A stretch of DNA of 64,000 nt, taken from positions 2,171-66,170 of the forward strand of contig JAAZNP010000004.1 of assembly GCA_012798235.1 (NCBI GenBank). Reading direction: 5' to 3'. Shown piece after piece: positions 9,266 to 19,298 of the stretch. A program made the position numbers and the translations under genes. Positions within the stretch are counted from its first letter, which is position 1. Each line of letters starts with the position of its first letter. Source of the stretch: Parcubacteria group bacterium. Its GTDB lineage: Bacteria; Patescibacteriota; Minisyncoccia; UBA6257. Under the pieces are notes generated by a model. It saw only the letters and a program-made list of their open reading frames with translations, ran no database searches and was not told the origin of the DNA.

Positions 9266-9517
9266 ATGAATAATAATTTAATTAAAATTTATTCTTCGCC
9301 AGATTGTCCTTATTGCTATACCGTAAAAGATTATCTTAATCAAAAAGGGATTAATTTTGAAGAAATTGATTTATATGAAGAGCCAGAGAAAAGAAAAGAA
9401 ATGGAAGAAATTTCTCATCAAAAGAACATTCCAGTTTTAGTCATTAATAATGAAGTAGTTGTGGGTTGGAATAAAGAAAAAATTGATGAACTTTTAAAGA
9501 AATATGGATTTATATGA
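9266..9517 (+). CDS. Glutaredoxin/NrdH-like protein (CPYC)
   Basis: The sequence YSSPDCPYCYTVKDYL is present. 83 aa. Confidence 0.8.
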   Translation: MNNNLIKIYSSPDCPYCYTVKDYLNQKGINFEEIDLYEEPEKRKEMEEISHQKNIPVLVINNEVVVGWNKEKIDELLKKYGFI

Positions 9518-10424
9518 TCTAATTATTATTGGCGCTGGACCAGCAGGAATTACTGCTGGTATTTATGCTGCGCGCAAAAAGATTAAAACTCTTTTAATTA
9601 CCAAAGATTTTACTGGCCAAGTTGGTTTATCTTGGAAAATAGAAAATTATCCTGGTTTTAAACAAATTAGTGGTCTAAAGTTAATGGAAAATTTGAAAAA
9701 TCATTTAAAAGAATACGAAATTGAAATCAAAAATTTTGAAGAAGTAAAACAAATTGTAAAAGATAATAATTACTTTCAAACTATTACTAATGAAAATAAA
9801 TATTTAGCAAGAACATTAATTATTGCCACTGGTGCTTTACCTAAAAAATTAGCGATAAAAAACGAAAAAAAATTTCTTGGCCACGGCTTATCTTATTGTT
9901 TAACTTGCGATGAAAAAGCTTTTGAAGGAAAAATTGTGGCAGTGATTGGCGGTGGTAATGCTGGCGCCGAAGCTGCTCTAGAATTACAAAAATTTTGTCC
10001 CAAAATTTATCTTTTAGAATATTTAGAAAATTTAACTGGTGATGAAATTTTGAAAGAAGAAGTGTTAAATAGTCCCTCGATTACAGTTATTACTAATGCT
10101 CAAGTATTAAGTTTTGAGGGTGAGAAAGAATTAGAAAAAATTATTTTTAAAGACAGAAAAACAAATAAAGAAAAAGAAATTTTAATTAATGGCTGCTTTG
10201 TTGAAATTGGAACAAAATCAAATACCGAATTTTTAGAAGGGTTAGTAGAATTAAATGAGAAAAAAGAAATCATCGTTGATCCTAAAACAATGGTAACCTC
10301 AGTAAAAGGAATTTTTGCTGCTGGCGATGTTGGTAATTTTAATCAAAAACAAATTATTCTTGCCTGTGGTCAGGGCGCTTTAGCAGCTTTATCAGCTTAT
10401 CAATATTTAAAAACATTAAAATAG
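9504..10424 (+). CDS. trxB: Thioredoxin-disulfide reductase
   Basis: The FAD motif GAGPAG, the redox-active CLTCD (CxxC) and the NADPH-binding motif GGGNAG are all present. It overlaps grx by 14 nt. Confidence 0.85.
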   Translation: MDLYDLIIIGAGPAGITAGIYAARKKIKTLLITKDFTGQVGLSWKIENYPGFKQISGLKLMENLKNHLKEYEIEIKNFEEVKQIVKDNNYFQTITNENKYLARTLIIATGALPKKLAIKNEKKFLGHGLSYCLTCDEKAFEGKIVAVIGGGNAGAEAALELQKFCPKIYLLEYLENLTGDEILKEEVLNSPSITVITNAQVLSFEGEKELEKIIFKDRKTNKEKEILINGCFVEIGTKSNTEFLEGLVELNEKKEIIVDPKTMVTSVKGIFAAGDVGNFNQKQIILACGQGALAALSAYQYLKTLK

Positions 10425-10428
10425 AAGT

Positions 10429-12024
10429 ATGATTAATAAAAACAAAATTTTGGGCTTATTTTTAGTAATTACTTTAATTCTTTCGTTTTTCTCTTTTTAT
10501 TCATCTAGTAGAGCTCAAGAAAAAGAAGTTAATTTGTATTTTTTCTGGGGTCAAGGTTGTCCTCATTGTGCTCACGAGAAGCCATTTCTTGAATCATTAA
10601 AATCAAAATATCCTCAGTTAAAAATTTATGATTTTGAAGTTTGGTATAACCAGAAAAACAGAGATTTATTAATTGAGGTAGGAAAAAAACTAAAAATAGA
10701 TATTAGTGGCGTTCCTTTAACAATTATAAATGATCAGCCGATTATCGGTTATTATGATGATACTACCACCGGCAAACAAATCGAAGATTTAATAATTAAA
10801 TGTCTAAATAGCTCTTGTAAGGATTCGGTTAGAGAAATTGTTTTTAAAAATTTAACCACCACTACTAAAAAAGAAACTCCTTCAACCACTACTACCACTA
10901 CTATCTCTCAAAAAGAAATTAAAGCCTACCTTTTTTGGGCCGAAGGTTGTCCCTTATGCTCTGCTGAAAAGACTTTTTTAAATCAACTTAAAGAAGAATA
11001 TTCGAATTTAAATATTACCTATTTGAATGTTTCTAAAAATAACAATAATGATATTTTAAAACAAACAGTTGAAGAACTGAATATTGAAAATCCCAGTTTG
11101 CCATTATTAATAATCGGAGAAAAAACAATAATTGGGTGGCGCGATCAAGATACATCCGGCAAAGCAATACGCGATGCCATTAATTGTTATTTAGAAAATG
11201 AATGTCCTGACTTAGTTGGTCAAGTTTTAACTCGCTTTAATACTTTTGGTCAATTTACCAAAGATAAACCTTTGCCAGAAAAAATCAAAATTCCTTTAAT
11301 TGGAGACATAGAAACTAAAAATCTTTCCTTGCCGGCTTTAGCAATTATTATTGGTGGACTTGATGGTTTTAATCCTTGTGCGATGTGGGTGCTGATTTTC
11401 TTAATTACCTTACTTTTGAAAATGCAAGATCGCAAAAGAATGTGGATTTTAGGCTCTACTTTTATCGCTACCTCATCTGCTGTTTATTTTCTTTTTATGA
11501 ATGCTTGGCTTAATTTAATCCTCTGTTTAGGATTTATTTTTTGGATTAGGTTAGTGGTTGGGATCGTAGCTTTAGGTAGCGGTGTTTATAATTTGAGAGA
11601 TTATTTCACTAATCAGGAAGCTGCTTGTAAAGTAACTGATGCGAAACAAAAGAAAACGACCATGGATAAAATGAAAGATATTGTCCATCGCCGATCTTTC
11701 TTATTAGCTTTAATTGGTATTATTCTTTTAGCTGCTTCTATAAATTTAATCGAATTAATTTGTTCTGCTGGTTTTCCGGTGATTTTCACCCAATTATTGG
11801 CCTTGAGTAATTTAGCTAAATGGCAATATTATCTTTATATGCTTTTATACATTTTTGTCTTTATGCTTGATGATTTGATTGTTTTTATTGGCGCGATGAT
11901 TACTTTAAGAGTTACGGGTATTACTAATAAATATTCTCGCTTGTCTCATTTAATTGGTGGCATTTTGATGCTTTTAATTGGTTTGCTTTTGATCTTTAAG
12001 CCAGAATTATTGATGTTTGGCTAA
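10429..12024 (+). CDS. DsbD/CcdA-like thiol:disulfide interchange membrane protein with two N-terminal extracytoplasmic thioredoxin-like domains (CPHC, CPLC)
   Basis: A signal/TM segment is followed by two Trx-like modules separated by a Thr-rich linker. Downstream is a CcdA-like TM domain (GGLDGFNPCAMWVL). Confidence 0.75.
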   Translation: MINKNKILGLFLVITLILSFFSFYSSSRAQEKEVNLYFFWGQGCPHCAHEKPFLESLKSKYPQLKIYDFEVWYNQKNRDLLIEVGKKLKIDISGVPLTIINDQPIIGYYDDTTTGKQIEDLIIKCLNSSCKDSVREIVFKNLTTTTKKETPSTTTTTTISQKEIKAYLFWAEGCPLCSAEKTFLNQLKEEYSNLNITYLNVSKNNNNDILKQTVEELNIENPSLPLLIIGEKTIIGWRDQDTSGKAIRDAINCYLENECPDLVGQVLTRFNTFGQFTKDKPLPEKIKIPLIGDIETKNLSLPALAIIIGGLDGFNPCAMWVLIFLITLLLKMQDRKRMWILGSTFIATSSAVYFLFMNAWLNLILCLGFIFWIRLVVGIVALGSGVYNLRDYFTNQEAACKVTDAKQKKTTMDKMKDIVHRRSFLLALIGIILLAASINLIELICSAGFPVIFTQLLALSNLAKWQYYLYMLLYIFVFMLDDLIVFIGAMITLRVTGITNKYSRLSHLIGGILMLLIGLLLIFKPELLMFG

Positions 12025-12046
12025 GTCCCACTAATTGTTTTTTAAT

Positions 12047-12077
12047 TTAAAACCGCGGTAAAAAACCGCAGTTTTAA
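12047..12077 (+). terminator. Rho-independent terminator hairpin after the DsbD-like gene
   Basis: aaaaccgcggtaaaaaaccgcagtttt stem-loop with a trailing T-run. Confidence 0.55.
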
Positions 12078-12171
12078 ATTAAAAAACTTGAAAATAAAAA
12101 TAAGAGGAGTATTATGAATATATATTCATAAAGGTCGGAAAGATTAAAATAAATAATTTAAAATTACTACT

Positions 12172-12387
12172 ATGCCAAGATTTGATGGAACCGGCCCTAT
12201 GGGTTTAGGGCCAAGAACTGGTCGTGGCTTAGGTCCTTGTGGAAGAGGTTATGGTTATCGTCGCTTTGCTTCTCCTAAAAATGAAGCTGCTGCTTTAGAA
12301 GATGAGATTCACACATTAGAAGAAGAATTAAAAGCTTTAAAAGAAGAGAAAGCAGCTTTAGACAAGGAACTAAAGGACCAAAAATAA
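12172..12387 (+). CDS. Small DUF5320-like protein (Gly/Pro-rich N-terminus with a single Cys, followed by a coiled coil)
   Basis: MPRFDGTGPMGLGPRTGRGLGPCGRGYG... followed by a heptad-rich EELKALKEEK tail. A 5-codon uORF (MNIYS) preceded by an AAGAGGAG RBS lies upstream at ~12104-12121. Confidence 0.6.
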   Translation: MPRFDGTGPMGLGPRTGRGLGPCGRGYGYRRFASPKNEAAALEDEIHTLEEELKALKEEKAALDKELKDQK

Positions 12388-12394
12388 AAATTAA

Positions 12395-12424
12395 AAGATC
12401 TCTTTTCAACAAAGAGGTCTTTTA
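12395..12424 (+). terminator. Rho-independent terminator
   Basis: aaaagatctctttTCAACaaagaggtctttt hairpin plus T-run. Confidence 0.55.
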
Positions 12425-12453
12425 ATATAATAATAAATTAATACATACAATAT

Positions 12454-12741
12454 ATGCCGAGACCAAGAATGCATCGTAGGATAAGGTGTCGCCTAAATGC
12501 TTTTTATTTTAAACCTCAGGGAATACCAATGAGGTATTTAGATGTGATAGAATTAACCCTAGAAGAAGCCGAGGCTTTAAGATTAAAAAATCTTTTAGAT
12601 TTAGAGCAGAAAGAAGCCGCTAAAAAAATGAAAGTCTCGCAACCTACCTTTTAAAGGGATTTAACTTCGGCTTATAAAAAAATAGCAGAGGCTTTAATTA
12701 CTGGTAAGGCTATTAAAATTGTTTGCGATGATAATAAATAA
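12454..12741 (+). CDS. DUF134 (UPF0251) DNA-binding protein, interrupted by an in-frame TAA at 12652-12654. The N-terminal 66 codons and a further 28 in-frame codons follow the family consensus.
   Basis: MPRPRMHRRIRCRLNAFYFKPQGIPMRYLDVIELTLEEAEALRLKNLLDLEQKEAAKKMKVSQPTF-TAA-RDLTSAYKKIAEALITGKAIKIV... The family consensus continues ...PTFxRILKSARKKIAxALVxGKAI across exactly this point. Confidence 0.6.
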
Positions 12742-12756
12742 TTAATCACTCAATTT

Positions 12757-13977
12757 ATGGACAATCAAAACGAAATGTTAAAAACTGCTCAGGAATTAAT
12801 TGAAAAAACTGGGCGAAAATTAAATCTTTTTCAAGAGGAAATTGATTTTCTTATTCAGCCGGATAGAGTAATTGAAATTAAGGTGCCGGTAAAAATGGAT
12901 AACGGCGTAATAAAAACTTTTGTTGGCTATCGTTCTCAGCATAATAATGTTTTAGGCCCTTATAAAGGAGGTATTAGATTCCATCAAAATGTTTCACGGG
13001 AGGAAGTGATCGCTCTCTCTACTTTAATGACTTTAAAATGTGCCGCTAATAGTTTACCTTTAGGAGGAGGAAAAGGCGGAGTAATTGTTAATCCAAAAGA
13101 ATTATCCGAAGAAGAATTAGAAAGATTATCAAGAGCTTATGCTAAAGCGATTGCTCCTTTTATTGGAGAAGACGTTGACGTGCCAGCACCTGATGTTAAT
13201 ACTGATGGTAGAATTATGATGTGGATGTTAGATGAATATGAAAAAACAATTGGTAAAAAATCACCCGCTACTTTTACTGGTAAACCAGTTGAATTTGGTG
13301 GTAGTTTAGGCAGAACTGAGGCTACTGGTAGAGGTGGAGTTATTGTCATGGGAAATTTATTAAAAGCTTTAAATAAAGATTATAAAACTATTGCCATTCA
13401 AGGATTAGGGAATGTTGGTTCTTATTTTGCAAAAATAGCATTTGAAAAAGGCTTTAAGATAGTGGCTTTATCTGATTCAAAGGGTGGAATTTATAATGAA
13501 AATGGCTTAAATCCTGATGAGGTAATAAAAATTAAAGAAGAAACTGGTAAAGTTAGTGATTACTCTGATGGTAAAGTTATTACTAACGAAGAATTATTAG
13601 AATTGCCGGTTGATATTTTAGTGCCAGCTGCTTTAGAAAATGTAATTACTAAGGATAATGCTTCAAATATCAAAGCCAAACTTATTATTGAAATGGCTAA
13701 TGGTCCAATTACCGAAGAGACTTATCCAATTTTGGAAGAAAAAGGAATTATTTCTGCGCCTGATATTTTAGCCAATGGCGGTGGCGTAATTGTTTCTTAT
13801 TTTGAATGGTTGCAAAATAGAAAGAATGAAAAATGGACAGAAGAAGAAGTTAATCAGAAATTAGAAGAACAATTAAAAACTGCCTTAAAGGAAATTTTAG
13901 ATATTAGCCAAGAATATAAAGTAAACTTAAAAGAAGCAGCTTTTATTTCTGCTTTAAAGAAAATTACCAAAAAATAA
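12757..13977 (+). CDS. gdhA: Glutamate dehydrogenase (Glu/Leu/Phe/Val dehydrogenase family)
   Basis: GPYKGGIRFH is present, along with the catalytic Lys region GGGKGG and a C-terminal Rossmann GLGNVG. Confidence 0.85.
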   Translation: MDNQNEMLKTAQELIEKTGRKLNLFQEEIDFLIQPDRVIEIKVPVKMDNGVIKTFVGYRSQHNNVLGPYKGGIRFHQNVSREEVIALSTLMTLKCAANSLPLGGGKGGVIVNPKELSEEELERLSRAYAKAIAPFIGEDVDVPAPDVNTDGRIMMWMLDEYEKTIGKKSPATFTGKPVEFGGSLGRTEATGRGGVIVMGNLLKALNKDYKTIAIQGLGNVGSYFAKIAFEKGFKIVALSDSKGGIYNENGLNPDEVIKIKEETGKVSDYSDGKVITNEELLELPVDILVPAALENVITKDNASNIKAKLIIEMANGPITEETYPILEEKGIISAPDILANGGGVIVSYFEWLQNRKNEKWTEEEVNQKLEEQLKTALKEILDISQEYKVNLKEAAFISALKKITKK

Positions 13978-14002
13978 AAACAAATAAAAAATTATTGAAA
14001 CA

Positions 14003-14028
14003 AAAACCCAGCCCTAAGGCTGGGTTTT
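14003..14028. terminator. Hairpin terminator (bidirectional) between gdh and tRNA-Pro
   Basis: aaaacccagccctaaggctgggtttt. Confidence 0.6.
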
Positions 14029-14036
14029 AAATTCAG

Positions 14037-14109
14037 TCGGGCTGGTGGGACTTGAACCCACGGCCTTCTGCTCCCAAAGCAGACGCGCTAGCCACTGCGC
14101 CACAGCCCG
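14037..14109 (-). tRNA. tRNA-Pro (anticodon TGG)
   Basis: Hand-folded. The acceptor is CGGGCTG/CAGCCCG, the anticodon loop TTTGGGA and the T-loop TTCAAGT. Confidence 0.7.
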
Positions 14110-14115
14110 GTGGTG

Positions 14116-14250
14116 CCCCCTCACTTGGAAAAGATAAATTTATTCTATAAATATAAATAGTTTTTTCTATTAGGGAACAATGGACAGATTATCTTATATA
14201 AATCACTTAATAGAAGTTTGGCGATAGCCAATCTTTTCCAAGTGAGGGGG
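14116..14250. repeat. TIR-repeat element copy B (135 bp), located between tRNA-Pro and tRNA-Arg. Its right end abuts the tRNA-Arg 3' end.
   Basis: The terminal 19-20 bp CCCCCTCACTTGGAAAAGAT / ATCTTTTCCAAGTGAGGGGG are perfect inverted repeats. The interior is ~75% identical to copy C. Confidence 0.8.
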
Positions 14251-14323
14251 TCCCCTCACGAGGAGTCGAACCTCGATTTCAGGCTTAGAAGGCCCGCGCT
14301 CTATCCATTGAGCTATGAGGGGA
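14251..14323 (-). tRNA. tRNA-Arg (anticodon TCT)
   Basis: The acceptor is CCCCTCA/TGAGGGG and the anticodon loop CTTCTAA. Confidence 0.7.
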
Positions 14324-14394
14324 TTTGAAAAATTATAGCAGAAAACATCTTGAAAGAAAAGATTAAATAGCATATAATAAAACTGCCTTAATTT

Positions 14395-15690
14395 ATGGCT
14401 AAATCATATAAAATTATTGGCGGCAAGAAGTTAAAAGGAGAAATTTCTCTCGCTGGGGCTAAAAATGCAGCGACCAAGATTATGATTGCTTCTCTTTTGG
14501 CTGATTCGAAGTCAGTTTTAGAGAATATTCCTCAAATTGGAGATGTAGAAGTCACTTTAGATATCATTAAATCATTAGGAGCGACTTTCAAATGGTTAGA
14601 TCAGAATACTTTGGAAATTGATCCCACTACTTTAAAAAACTATATTGTTCCTTTAGAAGATAGCGGTAAAAACCGAGTACCTATTTTATTTTTTGGTCCC
14701 TTGCTTCATAAATTTGGGCAAGCCGAAGTACCTGTTTTAGGTGGTTGTAAAATTGGCTCACGGCCAGTAAATTTTCACATTGATGCATATACTAAATTAG
14801 GGGCAGAAATTGAATATCATGATCATAATTACACAGTTTCTACCAAAGGTTTACAAGGAGCAACTATTACATTAGATTATCCCAGTGTAGGAACAACAGA
14901 AAATATTTTATTAGGTGCTTGTTTAGCCAAAGGAACTACTGTCATTCAAAATGCAGCCATTGAACCAGAAATTGAAGATTTAGTGAGATATTTACAAGCC
15001 ATGGGTGCTATTATTTACCAAGATGTTAATCGTACTTGGGTAGTAGAAGGAGTACAGAAATTACACGGTGCTCATTACCGTATTATGAATGATCGTAATG
15101 AAGCTGTTTCTTTTGCTTGTTTAGCTCTGGCTAATCGGGGAGATGTTTTAATTAAAGGAGCTGAACAAAAATATTTAGTTACTTTTTTAAATTGGGTGCA
15201 GAAAATTGGAGGGCATTTTGAAGTTTTGGATGAAGGAATAAGATTTTTCGACAGCAATAGATTCCAGGGAGTAGCTTTGGAAACAGATGTGCATCCTGGT
15301 TTTATGACTGATTGGCAGCAACCATTTACGATTGTTTTAACTCAAGCTGAAGGAGTTTCTATTATTCACGAAACTGTTTATGAGAATCGCTTTGGCTATA
15401 CTGACGCCTTGAATAAAATGGGAGCTAAGATTTATTTGTTTAAAGAATGTTTAGGTAGTAAGCCTTGTCGCTTTAGCCATAAAGATTTTCTACATAGTGC
15501 GATTATTGTTGGCCCCACGCCCTTAAAAGGAGCGAAAATAGAAGTACCTGATTTAAGAGCAGGATTTTCTTACCTTATTGCTGCTTTAATTGCCGAAGGC
15601 AAATCAGAATTAACTGGTATTGAAATTATTGAAAGAGGATACGAGAATTTAAAACAAAGATTAATTAATTTAGGCGCAGATATTCAATAA
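14395..15690 (+). CDS. murA: UDP-N-acetylglucosamine 1-carboxyvinyltransferase
   Basis: MAKSYKIIGGKKLKGEISLAGAKNAATKIMIASLLA... 431 aa with the EPSP-synthase fold. Confidence 0.9.
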   Translation: MAKSYKIIGGKKLKGEISLAGAKNAATKIMIASLLADSKSVLENIPQIGDVEVTLDIIKSLGATFKWLDQNTLEIDPTTLKNYIVPLEDSGKNRVPILFFGPLLHKFGQAEVPVLGGCKIGSRPVNFHIDAYTKLGAEIEYHDHNYTVSTKGLQGATITLDYPSVGTTENILLGACLAKGTTVIQNAAIEPEIEDLVRYLQAMGAIIYQDVNRTWVVEGVQKLHGAHYRIMNDRNEAVSFACLALANRGDVLIKGAEQKYLVTFLNWVQKIGGHFEVLDEGIRFFDSNRFQGVALETDVHPGFMTDWQQPFTIVLTQAEGVSIIHETVYENRFGYTDALNKMGAKIYLFKECLGSKPCRFSHKDFLHSAIIVGPTPLKGAKIEVPDLRAGFSYLIAALIAEGKSELTGIEIIERGYENLKQRLINLGADIQ

Positions 15691-15722
15691 TTTAAAATTA
15701 AAAATTAAAAATTTATTCTGAT

Positions 15723-15795
15723 GGTGGCTATGGTGTAATGGTTAGCACGGCAGTCTGTGGAACTGTCAGTGAGGGTTCGAATCCCTCTAGTCACC
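15723..15795 (+). tRNA. tRNA-His (anticodon GTG) with G-1
   Basis: The anticodon loop is CTGTGGA, and an extra 5' G pairs with the discriminator C. Confidence 0.65.
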
Positions 15796-15800
15796 CTATC

Positions 15801-15835
15801 AAAAAATGCCCGGAGATGATCTCCGGGCATTTTTT
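15801..15835. terminator. Bidirectional rho-independent terminator
   Basis: aaaaaaTGCCCGGAGATgaTCTCCGGGCAtttttt. Confidence 0.8.
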
Positions 15836-15851
15836 ATTTTTCAAGAATTTT

Positions 15852-18078
15852 TTATCTTTTCATGCGATGACGTAAATATTCTAAGCGATATTCTCTGATT
15901 TTATTTTCTAAGCGGGCTAAAGCTAAACGGCCCTGAGGATTGAATTTTAAGTAATACCAAAGTAAGAAAGCTAAACCAATACTTAAGATAAGAGAAATGA
16001 TTAAGGAATCCTCAGCACCAGTAGCCACAGTAGCCGCGCCAGCTACTAAACCGTAAGTAATAGTAGCGCTATCACTAACTGTAGTTATATTAGAAGCAGT
16101 TGCTTGAGCAGTATTAGTATAGGTTAAATAGGTACCGGGGTTATTACTTATAGCTTGGAAAGTAATAGTTTTAGAAGCACCGCGGTTAATAGTACCTAAA
16201 GATAATCCAGTAGTGGTAATAGTATCAGCTTGAACTACACCATCAATTTTAGTAGTTCCAGCTCGATAACTAAAAACTGAAGGCAAGGGATCAGTTATAA
16301 CTACATTATAAAGATCATTAGCGCTACCAGCAGTAATTGTTAAGTAAAATTCAATAACATCGCCTTGAGCTACTCTAATATTTTTAGAATAGGAACGATC
16401 ACCAAAAGAAAGATTTCTGCCTAATTTAGTAAAACTCATGGAAGTTGTTGGTGCAGCTACATAAATAGTAACTGTTTGACTAACCTGGCCGCTATTACCA
16501 TAACAAGTTAAAGTATAGGTGGTTTGGGTATTAGGAGTAGTATTCTCATAACCAGTAATTGATTTCGTACCACTCCAACCATTAGAAGCCACACAATAAT
16601 TAGTATTATTAGAAGTCCAACGAAGATAAGTGCTTTCTCCTTGAGTTAAAGAATATTTATCAGCCCAGAAAGATAAAGTAGGAGTAACTGATTGGAGGCT
16701 AACATTGAAAGTCTCAGTATCACTGGTTGTATTATTGGAACAAGTTAAAGTAAAAGTGGAAGGATTTTGCAAATTGTAAATTGTTCTAGAACCATAAGTA
16801 GCTTGGCTACCAGTCCAGTAAGAATTACTGGGATTAGTAGAAGCAGTACAATAATTACAATTTGTAGTATTCCAAGTTAGAATAATATTATCGCCATTAG
16901 TAATACTATAATCATTGGAAATAAAATTAGTAATCACGCATTGGCTTGGAGTCACACAATTGTTTTGACAACTGGTTAATGAGGTATATTCTCCATTAGA
17001 AGCAACTACACATTGATAATTAGAGTTACAAGTATAGCGAGTAATAGGTGGTTGGCAAGCACTAGTACATTCGCTATAGGTGCCATAAGTACCATTAGTA
17101 GCTTGTGAACAAGTCCAGGTATTAGTATTGCAGTTGTATCTAACTGGAGCCACACAATTGTTTTGACAACTGGTTAATGAGGTATATTCTCCATTAGAAG
17201 CAACTACACATTGATAATTAGAGTTACAAGTATAGCGAGTAATAGGTGGTTGCACTGTTACAGTTAAATTTTTTGTATCAGAATTATTAGTACCACTACA
17301 AGTTAAAGAAAAGTAAGTAGTATTGGTTAAATTGTAAATTGTTTTAGAGCCATAAGTAGCTTGACTGCCATTCCAATAGGAATTACTAGGAGAAGCTGAA
17401 GCACTGCAATAATTACAATCGGAAGTATTCCAATTCAAGGTAGTAGAATCTCCGGAATTAACATTAGTATTACTAGCAGAGAAATTAGTAATTACGCATT
17501 GGCTTGGAGATGGAATAGTAAAAGCGCGAGTATTAGATACACCTACCGTAGGAGTAGAATAAGCATCAACTCGCGTATTGGATTTAGCATAAACCCAGAT
17601 TTTGCAGTACTGATAATTAGCTACTGAGGCAGGAATTGACCATTGGATTGATTGCGCATTGGTTTGTTTATTTAATGGAATATTATTAGCAATAATATAA
17701 TCATCATTATATAAACTAGTAGTATCACCGCAACCATATTTAACTAAAAAATAATCAAGAGGAGGGTTAAAAGAGGTAATGTAATAATTCCATTGAATAG
17801 TAATGGTTTTATTAGGAGTAATATAATTGCCTTCGATCGGTAAATAGCGGACGCTTTCGCTGGTATCATTATCATTAAACCCATTAACATTGATATTATT
17901 AATAAATACTCCACAATTATTGTAATTATTGGGACTTTTGGCAGGACAGGCACTAGGAATATTACCATAATCAGCAATGGTTAAAGCACGAGCAGGAAGG
18001 GTATTGACGAAAGAAAAGCCAGCCACAAAGATAATGGCTAAAACGCTTAATTGAAGAGATTTTTTCATATTTTTGTTC
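15852..18078 (-). CDS. Large secreted Cys-rich surface protein with internal repeats and a C-terminal TM anchor. The start is set at MNKNMKK, followed by a signal peptide.
   Basis: ~740 aa, Thr/Asn/Ser/Cys-rich. The 34-aa unit PPITRYTCNSNYQCVVASNGEYTSLTSCQNNCV is repeated identically. Two further repeats, CVITNF...WNT..CNYC.AS.NPSNSYW.GSQATYGS.TIYNL, are present. The C-terminus has a hydrophobic segment plus a basic tail. Confidence 0.6.
16953..17252. repeat. Perfect 102-bp intragenic direct repeat (copies at 16953-17054 and 17151-17252, spaced 198 bp apart and in frame)
   Basis: Identical nucleotide blocks cacacaattgttttgacaactggttaatgagg...gtaataggtggttg are read directly from the sequence. 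Confidence 0.85.
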
Positions 18079-18275
18079 ATATTTTTATTTTTGTAGAACA
18101 AAGTAATTATAGCATAATTATAATAAAATGTCAATACTAGTAGCATCTTTCTACCAGATTTTGATCTTGCTTTAACTTTATCACAAAAATGGTATCTTGT
18201 CAAATATTTTAAAATATGCTATAATATAGGAAGATTATGGAAAAAGTAAGGAATTAAGTATATTATTAAATAAGT

Positions 18276-19289
18276 ATGAAAATAAAGACTTTTATCAAAA
18301 ATTTATTATGGCCCAGTAAAGAAAATAATTTCCAGCCTCGAATTTTAAATGATCGAGCGATTACTCTATTTATTTTACTATTTTTATTATCAAAAGTTTT
18401 CTTTAGTTTTGAATTGATTTTGATTCAACAATCAAAGTTATTTGCCGAATTAAATGCTCAAAAAATTATTGCTTTAACTAACGAGGTAAGACAACAATAT
18501 GGTTTAACTCCTCTAAAGGAGAATACTTTATTAGATTTGGCAGCTCAGCAAAAAGCGCAGGATATGACTATTAATAATTATTTTGCTCACTTTAGCCCCA
18601 CTGGCGTTTCGCCCTGGTACTGGTTTCAGAAAGCGGGTTATAATTATTATTATGCCGGAGAGAATTTAGCCATGAATTTTTTGGATAGCGAAGAAGTAGT
18701 GAGAGCTTGGCTTAATTCACCCAGCCATCGAGATAATATTTTAAACCAGCATTATCAAGAAATCGGAATTGCTATTTTACCAGCTAATGCTAATAGCCAA
18801 GGAATAGCTAATAAACCCATTGTTGTTCAATTATTTGGTAGTCCTCAAGTAGCAAAAGCTGCAACTCCTGCTATCCCGTCAGTGCCTACTACCAAACAAG
18901 CAACAACTACTAGTAAACCAGCGTCTAAAAATCAAGAAATCTTAGGTGAAGAAGAAAAAGCTACTACTTCTACTACTATTATCACCATAACTACTATTCC
19001 TCCGACTACTATTCCTCCGGCTACTATTCCTCCGACTACTTTAGAAACTCCCATTGCAGCTAATTTAGGCTCTGATACTCGTACTAAAATTAATACCACG
19101 AATGTGATTATTGCCTTGAGTTTGATTGCTATGGGCTCAATTGTTATTTTGGGCATTATAAAACAGCAACGAGCTATTCCCTTTGGCTATTCGGAAATTG
19201 TTTTAAGGAGCGCTATTGTTATTTTTATTGGTGCTGCTTTTTGGATTTTTCATTTAGAGAAATTCATTGGGCAATTAATGATTTCGTAA
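18276..19289 (+). CDS. CAP/SCP (PR-1-like) domain secreted protein with a (TTIPP)n linker and a C-terminal TM anchor
   Basis: YFAHFSPTG...AGENLAMNF...WLNSPSHRDNIL..YQEIGIA matches CAP-domain motifs. A TTIPPTTIPPATIPPTT repeat is also present. Confidence 0.7.
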   Translation: MKIKTFIKNLLWPSKENNFQPRILNDRAITLFILLFLLSKVFFSFELILIQQSKLFAELNAQKIIALTNEVRQQYGLTPLKENTLLDLAAQQKAQDMTINNYFAHFSPTGVSPWYWFQKAGYNYYYAGENLAMNFLDSEEVVRAWLNSPSHRDNILNQHYQEIGIAILPANANSQGIANKPIVVQLFGSPQVAKAATPAIPSVPTTKQATTTSKPASKNQEILGEEEKATTSTTIITITTIPPTTIPPATIPPTTLETPIAANLGSDTRTKINTTNVIIALSLIAMGSIVILGIIKQQRAIPFGYSEIVLRSAIVIFIGAAFWIFHLEKFIGQLMIS

Positions 19290-19298
19290 TATCTTTTC

